From the NCBI GenBank assembly GCA_963817385.1, contig CAWFOM010000031.1, forward strand, positions 96,001 through 160,000: DNA of 64,000 nucleotides. The letters are read 5' to 3'. Numbering within the stretch: the stretch's first letter is position 1; the number at the start of each line of letters is the position of its first letter. Position numbers and translations under genes: made by a program. The notes below the pieces were generated by a model. The model had not been told where the DNA came from. It searched no databases and saw only the letters and a list, made by a program, of their open reading frames with translations. The DNA comes from an uncultured delta proteobacterium (lineage in GTDB: Bacteria > Desulfobacterota > Syntrophia > Syntrophales > UBA5619). Positions 21,168-30,029 of this stretch are shown piece by piece.

Positions 21168-21518
21168 ATGAAACAAGAGATGGAAGTGAAGATGCAGTTT
21201 GGAGTTGGGGGCCTTATTTGCGGGGCCATCGTCGCAATGATCATCGGATTTGGTTGGGGTGGTTGGGTAACCGCCGGCACTAACCAGAAGATGAGCGGCG
21301 AGGCGGTAATGGCGAGTCAGGCGGCGATATGTGTCGCCCAATTTATGAAGGAACCGAACAGTCAAGAAAAGCTCAAAGAATTTGCGGCGGTCGAAAGCTA
21401 TAAACGATCCGAATTCATTGAAAAGTCTGGGTTCGACAAAATGCCCGGACAAAAAGAGGCAAGCAATGGTGTGACCAACGCATGCGTCACAGGGCTTGAA
21501 GTTCTTATCAAGAAGTAG
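21168..21518 (+). CDS. Hypothetical membrane-anchored protein
   Basis: Hydrophobic segment then [23 protein letters not shown]; exact start uncertain. Confidence 0.7.
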   Translation: MKQEMEVKMQFGVGGLICGAIVAMIIGFGWGGWVTAGTNQKMSGEAVMASQAAICVAQFMKEPNSQEKLKEFAAVESYKRSEFIEKSGFDKMPGQKEASNGVTNACVTGLEVLIKK

Positions 21519-21544
21519 GACAAGTCAATAACGGAGGATTAAAG

Positions 21545-21745
21545 ATGCCAGAAGGAAAAGTTAAATGGTTTAATGATTCAAAGGGATTTGGGTTCATCGA
21601 GCAGGAAGGCGGCAAGGACCTATTCGTCCATCATTCCGCAATCCAGGGAGGAGGATTCAAATCATTGGCGGAGGGTGATCGGGTCAGCTTTGATGTAACC
21701 CAAGGCGCTAAAGGTCCGGCTGCCGAGAATGTTTGCAAGCTGTAG
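21545..21745 (+). CDS. cspA: Cold-shock protein (CspA family)
   Basis: [15 protein letters not shown] (RNP1), LFVHHSAI (RNP2). Confidence 0.95.
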   Translation: MPEGKVKWFNDSKGFGFIEQEGGKDLFVHHSAIQGGGFKSLAEGDRVSFDVTQGAKGPAAENVCKL

Positions 21746-21821
21746 GAACTTATTTGAGGGGCGTTGATCTGTGACCTGCCCCTTGACTTTGATGATGAGC
21801 AACACGATAGTATAATCGACG

Positions 21822-21980
21822 AGATGCTGCGATGCGCGTATTGAGTCTATTCTACTGGATGTTAACGAAATGAGAATCCTAGGGTCTTCGTGGTGATTGT
21901 CACCCCTATAGACCGGATCTTGAATGATGGACTCCAGTAAGAGACAAGACGGCATAGGCGGCTCTCGTCTTTTTTTATTT
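21822..21980 (+). ncRNA. Candidate structured small RNA
   Basis: Downstream of TATAAT (21811); about 100-nt rod with nested pairings, then AAGACG/CGTCTT hairpin and a T-run. Confidence 0.35.
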
Positions 21981-22005
21981 TAACATCCTGCACGGATCCC
22001 TTTTG

Positions 22006-22034
22006 TTGACAGAATCCGGTTTGAGGGGCATACT
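22006..22034 (+). promoter_or_regulatory. sigma70-type promoter for the glycyl-radical enzyme
   Basis: TTGACA-N17-CATACT. Confidence 0.55.
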
Positions 22035-22165
22035 GACCTCGCTCGAATCCGCCGTAATGCGCCGTGTTCCCGCACCTGCAGCCCAGGATGCCGGTCATAC
22101 CGTGCATCAACCCCCCAGGCCGGACCTGAAGTCGGTCGTCGAACGCTTTGTCCGGGAGGAAATCC

Positions 22166-24553
22166 ATGTTGTCGCCTACGACTGAAATCACCCGATGTTC
22201 GAGACGGATAAACGCGCTAAAGGAAGCCGTTCAGGGTGCGAAACCCGGGGTCTGCACCGAGCGGGCCATGATCTGGACGCGGTACTTCAAGGCCGGGGAG
22301 AATCGGACAAAGCCGCCCTCCATTCAGATCGCGGAGGCCTTGACGGAGGTCCTGAAGAACAAATCGATCCGGATCTATCCCGATGAACTGATCGTGGGCA
22401 ATTATTCGTCCAAGCGGGTGGGAGGCGCCATCTACCCGGAGCTCCACGGCATCCCGGTCATCGCCGAGGCGCACACGTTCGCCAAACGGAAGACCAACCC
22501 GCTGGAGATGTCGAACGGCGAGCTCAGGCAATTGCTCTCCATCGTCCCCTTCTGGCTGCCGCGATTTCTCGCGATGAAACTGGACACGGGATTGGCAAAG
22601 AAGCTCGCCCTCATCGCCGATCAACTGACGGCGAAATTCTATCTCATCAATGAGCTGGGCGGGGTGGCCCACATCGCCCCGGATTATGCGAAACTCATCG
22701 CCGTCGGGACGGAGGGGATCGCGACCGAGGCCGAGGGATACCAGAAGGATGTCCCCTGGGGATCGGAAGCGTGGTGTTTCTATGAAGGGGTGAAGATCAT
22801 CCTCGCCGGCCTGGCCCGCTTCGGCGAACGGTATGCCGGCCTGGCCCGGAAAATGGCCTCGGAAGAAAAAGAGCCAAAGCGAAAAGCAGAGTTGGAAACC
22901 ATCGCGGAGGTGTGTCAGCGGGTGCCCCGCCTGGGCGCCAGGACATTTCACGAGGCCCTTCAGTCCCTCTTCTTCGCCCAGATCGCCGTCAACCTGGAGA
23001 GCCTGGATAACGGCATCTGCCCGGGCCGGATCGACCAGTACCTCTACCCCTACTACCGGACCAGCCTGAAGGAGGATCCCTCCTTCACTTCACGGCAGGC
23101 GAAGGAGCTTCTCGCCGCCTTTTCGATCAAGATGGCGGAGATCATCCCCGTCTTCTCGAAGCCCATGATGAGGTTCCACGGGGGGATGTTCAACGGGCAG
23201 GTGGTCACCGTGGGAGGGGTGGACGAAAGCGGCAACGATGCCTCCAACGAGCTCAGCGATCTTCTCCTCGAAATCATGGATGAGCTCCGGATGCGCCAGC
23301 CCAATTTTCACGCCCGGGTCCACCGATCCTCCCCCGAGGCGTACCGGCGTAAAATCAACCTGGCATTGGCCTCCGGCAGCGGATCGCCGGCCCTCTACAA
23401 CGACGAGGTGATCATCGAGGCCCTCTGCAGGCACGGCTATACGACGGCCGATGCGAGAAACTACACCGCCGTCGGATGCGTGGAACCCGTCTGCCAGGGG
23501 AAGAGCTTCTCTTCCACCGATGCGGCCCTCTTCAACCTCCCCATCATGCTGGAGCTCGCCCTCAATGAGGGGCGGCGCTTCGGTTCTTTTTTCCGGAGCG
23601 GCCGGAAGACCAAACCGGCAGCCCGGATGAAATCCATGGAGGATGTCCGGGAGGCCTTCGAAGGACAGCTCAATTTCTTTATCGAGCGATTGATCGGCGA
23701 TCTGCACCTGGTGGAGAAGGCAAATCGCCGGGAGCATCCCACGCCCCTGAGCAGCGCGCTCCTCGAGGGGTGCCTCGCGTCGGGCAGGTGTTCCACCGGC
23801 GGCGGCGCCGTCTACAATTTCTCCGGCATCCAGTGCGTGGGGCCCGCCGACACGGGCGACGCCCTCACTGCCGTCGACCGGGCGGTTTTCCGGGAACGGA
23901 GAATGAACCTGCCGGAGCTGGTGGAACTCCTGAGGACGGACATCCCCGATGAGAAGTGGCTCTTGTACCTTAAAGGCCTGGAAAAATTCGGCAATGACGA
24001 ACCGGAGGCGGACGGATGGACCGGGTACGTCATCGCCGCCTTCGATAATGCGCTAAGCGGATACACGAATACCCGGGGGGGCCGGTATGTGACCGGCCTC
24101 TACTCGGTCACGGCCCACCAGTATTTCGGGAAGATCACCGGCGCCCTGCCGCACGGACGCCGGCGGGGAGAGGCCTTCGCCTCCGGGATCGCCCCGGTAA
24201 ACGGCATGGATCGAAAAGGCCCGACGGCCCTCTTGAACTCGGTCAACAGCATCGATTTCACCCGGACCGCCAATGGGGTCAACCTTAATCTCCAGTTTAA
24301 CATGGCCCTCCTGAAGGGTGAAACGGGGGCCTCTCTCCTTGACGCTTTGCTGAAAACCTATTTCGAACGGGGAGGAATGCAGGTCCAGGTGAATGCCTTC
24401 GATCCCCGGATCCTCGTGGAAGCGAGAGACGACCCGCACAAATACCCCCATCTCCTGGTTCGCGTTTCCGGATATTCCGCCTATTTCAACGACCTGGCGC
24501 CGGCCATGAAGGAGGAAATCATCAGCCGAACCGTGATCGCGTGTGCCCGTTGA
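22166..24553 (+). CDS. Glycyl-radical enzyme (PFL-like superfamily), substrate unknown
   Basis: IYPDELIVG, GRIDQYLYPYY, single-Cys loop GCVEP, Gly loop LLVRVSGYSAYF. Confidence 0.92.
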   Translation: MLSPTTEITRCSRRINALKEAVQGAKPGVCTERAMIWTRYFKAGENRTKPPSIQIAEALTEVLKNKSIRIYPDELIVGNYSSKRVGGAIYPELHGIPVIAEAHTFAKRKTNPLEMSNGELRQLLSIVPFWLPRFLAMKLDTGLAKKLALIADQLTAKFYLINELGGVAHIAPDYAKLIAVGTEGIATEAEGYQKDVPWGSEAWCFYEGVKIILAGLARFGERYAGLARKMASEEKEPKRKAELETIAEVCQRVPRLGARTFHEALQSLFFAQIAVNLESLDNGICPGRIDQYLYPYYRTSLKEDPSFTSRQAKELLAAFSIKMAEIIPVFSKPMMRFHGGMFNGQVVTVGGVDESGNDASNELSDLLLEIMDELRMRQPNFHARVHRSSPEAYRRKINLALASGSGSPALYNDEVIIEALCRHGYTTADARNYTAVGCVEPVCQGKSFSSTDAALFNLPIMLELALNEGRRFGSFFRSGRKTKPAARMKSMEDVREAFEGQLNFFIERLIGDLHLVEKANRREHPTPLSSALLEGCLASGRCSTGGGAVYNFSGIQCVGPADTGDALTAVDRAVFRERRMNLPELVELLRTDIPDEKWLLYLKGLEKFGNDEPEADGWTGYVIAAFDNALSGYTNTRGGRYVTGLYSVTAHQYFGKITGALPHGRRRGEAFASGIAPVNGMDRKGPTALLNSVNSIDFTRTANGVNLNLQFNMALLKGETGASLLDALLKTYFERGGMQVQVNAFDPRILVEARDDPHKYPHLLVRVSGYSAYFNDLAPAMKEEIISRTVIACAR

Positions 24554-24633
24554 CATTGAATGCACACAGACGTGCGTTCTTTCAAGAGGATGTTCGCGGC
24601 CTGATCTCGTTGCTTAACGGATAAAATTCTGAT

Positions 24634-25347
24634 ATGAAGAAATCAACGATAGAAACAGGAGGCAGTCTCTTCGGATTCATTATGAAGCAACCGGCGCAAC
24701 AGGATCTGCGGTATCGACCGCTTTATACCCTCGGCGAGGTGAGCCGCTATGCCCGTGTGAAGCCCGCGACGCTGCGTTCGTGGACCCATAACGGGGATTC
24801 CCGCGTGATTATTCCCACCGCCGTCTCTGGGGTTGCGCCTTTCAGCTTCATCAACCTCATCGAATTATATGTCCTTGAAGGATTAAGGCGCACCCATCAC
24901 CTACCCATGCAGCGCATACGAAAAGGCGAGGAGTGGCTGCGACGGACCTATGGCATTTCTCATCCCCTTGCCGAATTGAATCTTGAAACGGATGGATACG
25001 ATCTCTTCATCCGTGAGGTGGATATTCCCATCAACGCCTCCCGGAAGGGACAGGGCGGGTTCCCGGAAGTCCTGGCCCGTTACCTCCAGCGTATCGAGCG
25101 GGATGCGGGTAAAATCCCCACCCGATTCTACCCCTACACCTATGATCGAGCCCCCAAGATCATCGTCATGGACCCCGCCGTGGCCTACGGAAGACCGGTG
25201 GTTGTAGGCACGCGCGTGACCAGCCAGATGATTTTCGACCGTTACAGCGGCGGGGAGAGCCTGAACGACATTGCCGCCGACTATGATCTCGATATCTCTC
25301 GAATAGAGGAGGCCCTGCGGTGCGAGATCGAGCGGATTGCCGCCTGA
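24634..25347 (+). CDS. HTH-DUF433 antitoxin (VapB45-like)
   Basis: PLYTLGEVSRY HTH, FSFINLIE, DPAVAYGRPVVVGTRV...GESLNDIAADY; alternative start 24682. Confidence 0.85.
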   Translation: MKKSTIETGGSLFGFIMKQPAQQDLRYRPLYTLGEVSRYARVKPATLRSWTHNGDSRVIIPTAVSGVAPFSFINLIELYVLEGLRRTHHLPMQRIRKGEEWLRRTYGISHPLAELNLETDGYDLFIREVDIPINASRKGQGGFPEVLARYLQRIERDAGKIPTRFYPYTYDRAPKIIVMDPAVAYGRPVVVGTRVTSQMIFDRYSGGESLNDIAADYDLDISRIEEALRCEIERIAA

Positions 25348-25727
25348 TTCTGCTCCTCGATGAAAACCTCTCCGGCCATCGCATCATCGAGGGATTGACC
25401 GCACTGGAGATTCCCGTTAAGCCTCAGACGGCCATCATGGCTCGCGGCATCCCCGATGAAAAAGTCCTGGAGATTCTTGCACGGCATACCGACTGTTTCC
25501 TGCTGACCAAAGACAGCGACTTCCATAAGAAACCCATGGTAAAACAAGCCCTGATCGAACACGGCGTCGGTGCCTTCGTCATCACCGCGCACAAAGGCAA
25601 GACCGCTGAGGATTTGGTTTCTCTTGTCGGGAAGGCGTGGAATAGGATACAGCGGTTCGCGGAAAAGCATGATCGTCCCTTTGTCGCCAAAATCCTGGCC
25701 AATGGCCGTGTCGAAGAGACATCATGA
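25320..25727 (+). CDS. PIN-like toxin (VapC45/DUF5615-like)
   Basis: LLDENL...IPDEKVL...LLTKDSDF; overlaps the antitoxin stop. Confidence 0.8.
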   Translation: MRDRADCRLILLLDENLSGHRIIEGLTALEIPVKPQTAIMARGIPDEKVLEILARHTDCFLLTKDSDFHKKPMVKQALIEHGVGAFVITAHKGKTAEDLVSLVGKAWNRIQRFAEKHDRPFVAKILANGRVEETS

Positions 25728-25787
25728 CGGATACGATCTTCTCCATGACGACATCTCCGGATATGCAAACCATTTACCTCGCAAATT

Positions 25788-25908
25788 GTGAACAGGAATA
25801 AGTTCAGGGAAGAAGCAATGGCGGGACAACGCCTGTCAGACTTTGAAGGGCGAAGAATCTTGGTACCGGACGACCCACAGTATTGGCCTGAACAAGATGC
25901 CTTGGAAT
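25788..25908 (+). pseudogene. Duplicated 3' fragment of the SBD-HNH gene
   Basis: 121-bp ungapped match to 27521-27641 (17 mismatches by manual count), same reading frame. Confidence 0.85.
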
Positions 25909-25954
25909 CCGCCGGCGTGAAGGTGCCGGGAAAGAACCCGTTTAGGAGGATGAG

Positions 25955-26464
25955 ATGGACAAGATCCCGTTGGAAAAGAAGGAACTCAAGGAACTGCTCA
26001 ACAAATGCTGGATGACGCACGACGCCATGTGGTTCTACAATTGCCTGCTGGAGTGCGGCATTGAGAAGACGAACAAGATCAACCGGGCCGCCGTCAAGGC
26101 CGTGGCAGCGGTGGAGATCACGCGGATAAAGAAGGCCGTAGGCGTGGACAAGATGGCAACATTCGGCGAATTCTGGGACTTCTTCCAGGTCGCCATGGCC
26201 ATCCTCACGGGTGACTTTATGAAGTACTCCTTCGCATCTGAGGTGATGAACCGTATCCGTTTCACCTGGCACCAGTGTTTTGCCCACGACGGCATCAAGG
26301 CGCTCGGCGTCATCGACAAATACGAGTGCGGCATCATGGAACGGGTGGAGGGCTGGTTTGATACCCTGGGCATTAAGTATGAAGTGGAACCGAAAGTGAT
26401 CGGGTGCATGATGCACACCGAGGGCAAATGCTACCGTGACTATACCTTCTTCTTCGAGAAGTGA
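25955..26464 (+). CDS. DUF6125/V4R-like Cys-containing protein
   Basis: CWMTHDAMWF...QCFAH...YECG...GCMMHTEGKCYR; AGGAGG RBS. Confidence 0.72.
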   Translation: MDKIPLEKKELKELLNKCWMTHDAMWFYNCLLECGIEKTNKINRAAVKAVAAVEITRIKKAVGVDKMATFGEFWDFFQVAMAILTGDFMKYSFASEVMNRIRFTWHQCFAHDGIKALGVIDKYECGIMERVEGWFDTLGIKYEVEPKVIGCMMHTEGKCYRDYTFFFEK

Positions 26465-26764
26465 GGCCTGGGCGTGGAAATGACCGCGACCGGGAAAGTC
26501 ACCCGACCGGTTACCCCATCACTCGGAAGATTTTCCGGAGACCTTATGTTCTCTTTAACCCGTCCGGATATCACAACTTGCGACATTCTCCCTCCTAGAG
26601 CAACAAGCTACAGAATCGTTTTCCGTTTGTCTTTTTCGGATATCAGTTGTATGCATATCCCCAGTCCCGCCCGTAGCTTGCTTGAGGACTCTCAACGGGA
26701 CGTGTTCAGAAAAAGGTTTTATGCGGCAGATGCAGATGGCTCAACCTTCCTCCAGTCATGATGA

Positions 26765-27673
26765 ATGATGATCAAAGACCAACCCTATTGGCTACAAAAA
26801 CTTGCAACGCTGCGGATCGACCGAGCACGCGGTAATCCTGCACCCCATAAACCACTCTTGCTGCTGGTCATCCTGGAAATGGTTGAGAAAGGCGAAATCA
26901 CGAGCCGTGAATTGCCTTTATCCCCCAATCTGGCGTTTCGATTCAGCGTGTTTTGGTCTGTTGTAGCCCGACGACGCAAGCAGCCGCCTGAAGTGCGGTT
27001 GCCGTTCCACCACCTTGAGTCATCCGGTATTTGGCAAGCGTTGACGGTGGATGGTCAACCTTCTCCGGACAAGAAAATGACTGCAATAATCAGGTTTGAC
27101 GAGCAATTCTTCGAATGCCTTGCCGATTTTAAATTCCGCGATAGGGCGCAACGGATCCTCATTGAAACCGAGCCGTATTTTCAACCGGAAGAAAGGGTTG
27201 CGCTCTGCAGCATGTTGCGGATCAGGCCGGCTGCATCTGAAATCCGTGAGAATCAGGAGCTTTACAAAGCGAGTGTTCAGGCCGGCCGAGATGCTCGCTT
27301 TCGGATCGAGGTGGTCGTCGTTGCCTACAAGCACACCTGTGCACTGACAGGGTATCGGATGACCACCCTGGCGATGGAGAGCATCGTGGACGCGGCCCAT
27401 ATCCACCAATTCCATAATTCCCGAAACAACGACCCCCGCAATGGAATGGCCCTCTCGAAGAACGCCCACTGGCAGTTTGATCGCGGCCTTTGGTCGGTAA
27501 ACGATGATTATCGGGTGCTTGTGAACCGGGAAAAGTTTAGGGAAGAGGGAATGGCGGGACAACGCCTGACAGACCTTGAAGGGCGAAGAATCTCTCTACC
27601 GGGCGATCCGCAGTATTGGCCTGAACAAGATTCTTTAGAATGGCATCGCCGGCGCCACGGCTTCACAAATTAG
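26765..27673 (+). CDS. SBD-HNH type IV restriction endonuclease-like protein
   Basis: N-terminal APHKPLLLL and LPFHHL (sulfur-binding-domain-like); HNH CALTG...DAAHI...NG..L..NAHWQFDRG...LEWH. Confidence 0.8.
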   Translation: MMIKDQPYWLQKLATLRIDRARGNPAPHKPLLLLVILEMVEKGEITSRELPLSPNLAFRFSVFWSVVARRRKQPPEVRLPFHHLESSGIWQALTVDGQPSPDKKMTAIIRFDEQFFECLADFKFRDRAQRILIETEPYFQPEERVALCSMLRIRPAASEIRENQELYKASVQAGRDARFRIEVVVVAYKHTCALTGYRMTTLAMESIVDAAHIHQFHNSRNNDPRNGMALSKNAHWQFDRGLWSVNDDYRVLVNREKFREEGMAGQRLTDLEGRRISLPGDPQYWPEQDSLEWHRRRHGFTN

Positions 27674-27718
27674 CGGTATAATAATGGTGATACGATGTCA
27701 AACTTGGAATCGTCGCCC

Positions 27719-28912
27719 TTAGCCAGCCCGTTTTCCGCTCGTCATCCAGAACGCCAGGACAAACAGGACGGTCAGGGAGGCAATGAGCGAATAGAGCGTC
27801 AGAAGGTTCGAGCCCGCCAGGACGAAGGTCGCCATCAGGGGGCCGACGCCGTTTCCGGCGAATCGCGCCGAATTCAGAAAGCCGATCCCCGTTCCCCCCA
27901 ATTCCGAAACAAAACTGGCCATCACCAGGGGGATGACCACCGCAACAACCCCGGTCTGAAGCATCCTGATGGCGGTAAAGCTGATGACTCCTTCGGGAAA
28001 GAACAACAGGATCTGAAGGAATGCGGAGGTCAGGCATAATACCGCGATGACCCCTTTGAGTCGTTTCCCGGCGGTCAGGCGGCTGATCACGTAGTTTCCG
28101 ATGATGGCGGTCGCCGTGTACCCCATCATGATAAGCCCGGCTGATTTTAAAGCGCTCTCACCCACCAGATCAAACCCTTCCAGGACATGGGGCAATATGC
28201 TCGGCAAAAAAGTCAGGTGGATGGTGGCGATGAAGCTCAACGCCCACCCCCACAGGACGCCCTGATTGAAATGAGTTTTCCGATCAGGGTCCGCCTCCCT
28301 CTTCGGAATTTCAGCAATATAAATATGACACAGCACCAAGGCAACGCCGACCAAAAGAAAAGACAAGATAAACGGGGATCGGTATCCCATCTGCGATGCG
28401 GCATATGCCCCGACGGGCGGCCCCAGCAACTGGCCGGCGGTCATGGAATTTTGATAAAGGCTCAGATTGCTTGGCAATCGATCTTTCGACGATAATTGCG
28501 AAATCATGAAAATACCGATCGTCGAGGCGGCGCCGAGAGCCCCTTGGATCAGACGCAGCGCCAGCAACATGGGCAGGCTGTCTATAAAACCCATGACAAG
28601 GAAGATGATCCCATTGAATAAAAAAGCCCCCTGGAAGAGGGCTTTGGGGCGGAATTTCGCCGTCAAGCTTCCCCAGAAGGGGGCGGCAGCGGCAGCGACA
28701 AAGGAATTCAAGCCCATGATCAGCCCGATCCACACCATCGTTTCGGCAGGATTGTAAGGGCTGATTTTGATGATATAGAAGGGCATGAACGACATGACGA
28801 CGTTGAAGCAAAACGCCAATCCAAACTGCGACAGAGCGATGAAAATGATGCCCTTGCTTCCGTCTGAGGCAGGCAGGATACGGTTTAAAAAAGGAAACAC
28901 TATTTTTTTCAT
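27719..28912 (-). CDS. MFS transporter (DHA1/MdtG-like)
   Basis: Multiple TMs; FMPFYI, APFWGSL, LRLIQGALG, GQLLGPPVG. Confidence 0.88.
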   Translation of the reverse strand: MKKIVFPFLNRILPASDGSKGIIFIALSQFGLAFCFNVVMSFMPFYIIKISPYNPAETMVWIGLIMGLNSFVAAAAAPFWGSLTAKFRPKALFQGAFLFNGIIFLVMGFIDSLPMLLALRLIQGALGAASTIGIFMISQLSSKDRLPSNLSLYQNSMTAGQLLGPPVGAYAASQMGYRSPFILSFLLVGVALVLCHIYIAEIPKREADPDRKTHFNQGVLWGWALSFIATIHLTFLPSILPHVLEGFDLVGESALKSAGLIMMGYTATAIIGNYVISRLTAGKRLKGVIAVLCLTSAFLQILLFFPEGVISFTAIRMLQTGVVAVVIPLVMASFVSELGGTGIGFLNSARFAGNGVGPLMATFVLAGSNLLTLYSLIASLTVLFVLAFWMTSGKRAG

Positions 28913-29101
28913 ATGGTTCACACCTTACCGGCAGGGATTCCCCGGCGCGGGTCTCGGTGATGATTCACTCCTCTCGTTCCATACGGTACCGGGCACTCTT
29001 ATCACGGCTGCCGGAGGAGAGCAATGATCTTCCCCTCTGCCGCCAAAATCCGGCGCCTCGATCCGCCCCTTCAACTAAGGTGGAGACGGATAACATTCCC
29101 C

Positions 29102-29150
29102 TTGACAGACCGCTCCTTTTTCGTTATCTATTTATCCATCAAATGATTGA
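29102..29150 (+). promoter_or_regulatory. tetR promoter and imperfect palindrome
   Basis: TTGACA-N17-TATCTA; TCCATCA-AA-TGATTGA at 29135-29150. Confidence 0.45.
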
Positions 29151-29174
29151 ATCGCAGGCTGGAAGGTGTCCGCC

Positions 29175-29807
29175 ATGACCACCCCCCTGGAAAAGGCCCG
29201 CAAGGACCCTGAATCGATGAAGGCCCGCATCCTGGATGTCGCCCGCCGCATCTTCGGTGAGTACGGTTTCCACGGCACCACGACCCGGATGATCGCCCAG
29301 GAGGTGGGGATCGACATCTCCACCCTCCACTACCACTGGGGAGGTAAGAAGGACCTCTATGAATCCGTGGTGGTCGACATCAACAAGGACCTCCGGCAGG
29401 AGCTCATCGAGGTGGAGAAGGTGATCCACGGCCTCCCGCTCAGCGAACGGCTTGCGATCTCCATCGATATGACGACCGACTACCTCTTCGAACACCCTGA
29501 AGTCTCCAACCTGATCCTCTTCCGTTATTTCAACAAGACCCGCTCCAACGGAAACATCGACTCCATCATTCCCGAGTTCACCGCCGACATCGCCCGTTCC
29601 ATGGGACTCGCCCGGGACAAGAAGAACGTCCCGCCCGAAACCATGATGAAGGTCCTGGCGGTGATGAACTCCATCCACAATTTTATTTCGGGCGAAAACT
29701 TCTTTCGCCCCATGGTGAAGGCGGCACGAGAGAAGTACATCGCCCTGGTGAAAGAGACCCTGAAGTTTATCCTCATCCCCGCGTTCACACAGAACGAAGC
29801 AAAATAG
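29175..29807 (+). CDS. TetR-family regulator
   Basis: RILDVARRIFGEYGFHGTTTRMIAQEVGIDISTLHYHWGGKKDLY. Confidence 0.92.
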   Translation: MTTPLEKARKDPESMKARILDVARRIFGEYGFHGTTTRMIAQEVGIDISTLHYHWGGKKDLYESVVVDINKDLRQELIEVEKVIHGLPLSERLAISIDMTTDYLFEHPEVSNLILFRYFNKTRSNGNIDSIIPEFTADIARSMGLARDKKNVPPETMMKVLAVMNSIHNFISGENFFRPMVKAAREKYIALVKETLKFILIPAFTQNEAK

Positions 29808-30029
29808 CGCCGCGCGCGAAAAATACCGGCGGCTGACACGCCGATGCGCCGTCGCCGCGAAGACTCGAATCGGTAACACCGTTTATAAACCTGATCCCCG
29901 CGGGAGCGGGAAAAGAAGATTCGCCGTGCATCGGGAGGAGCGCAACGCACCCGTTCCCGGGAAACGAAGCGATCGAGACCATTTCGAATTGCAGCGGTTC
30001 CGTCATCATATCGAACAAGGAGGGACACA

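Noticed and set aside
21845..21945. 6S RNA (ssrS)
   Set aside because: The rod is only about 100 nt with a small bubble and lacks the usual zapA/ygfA context; kept only as an unclassified candidate
22166..24553. Pyruvate formate-lyase (pflB)
   Set aside because: Lacks the adjacent Cys-Cys pair; has single-Cys GCVEP
25788..27641. DGR template/variable repeat pair
   Set aside because: Mismatches are not adenine-specific in either copy and no reverse transcriptase is present
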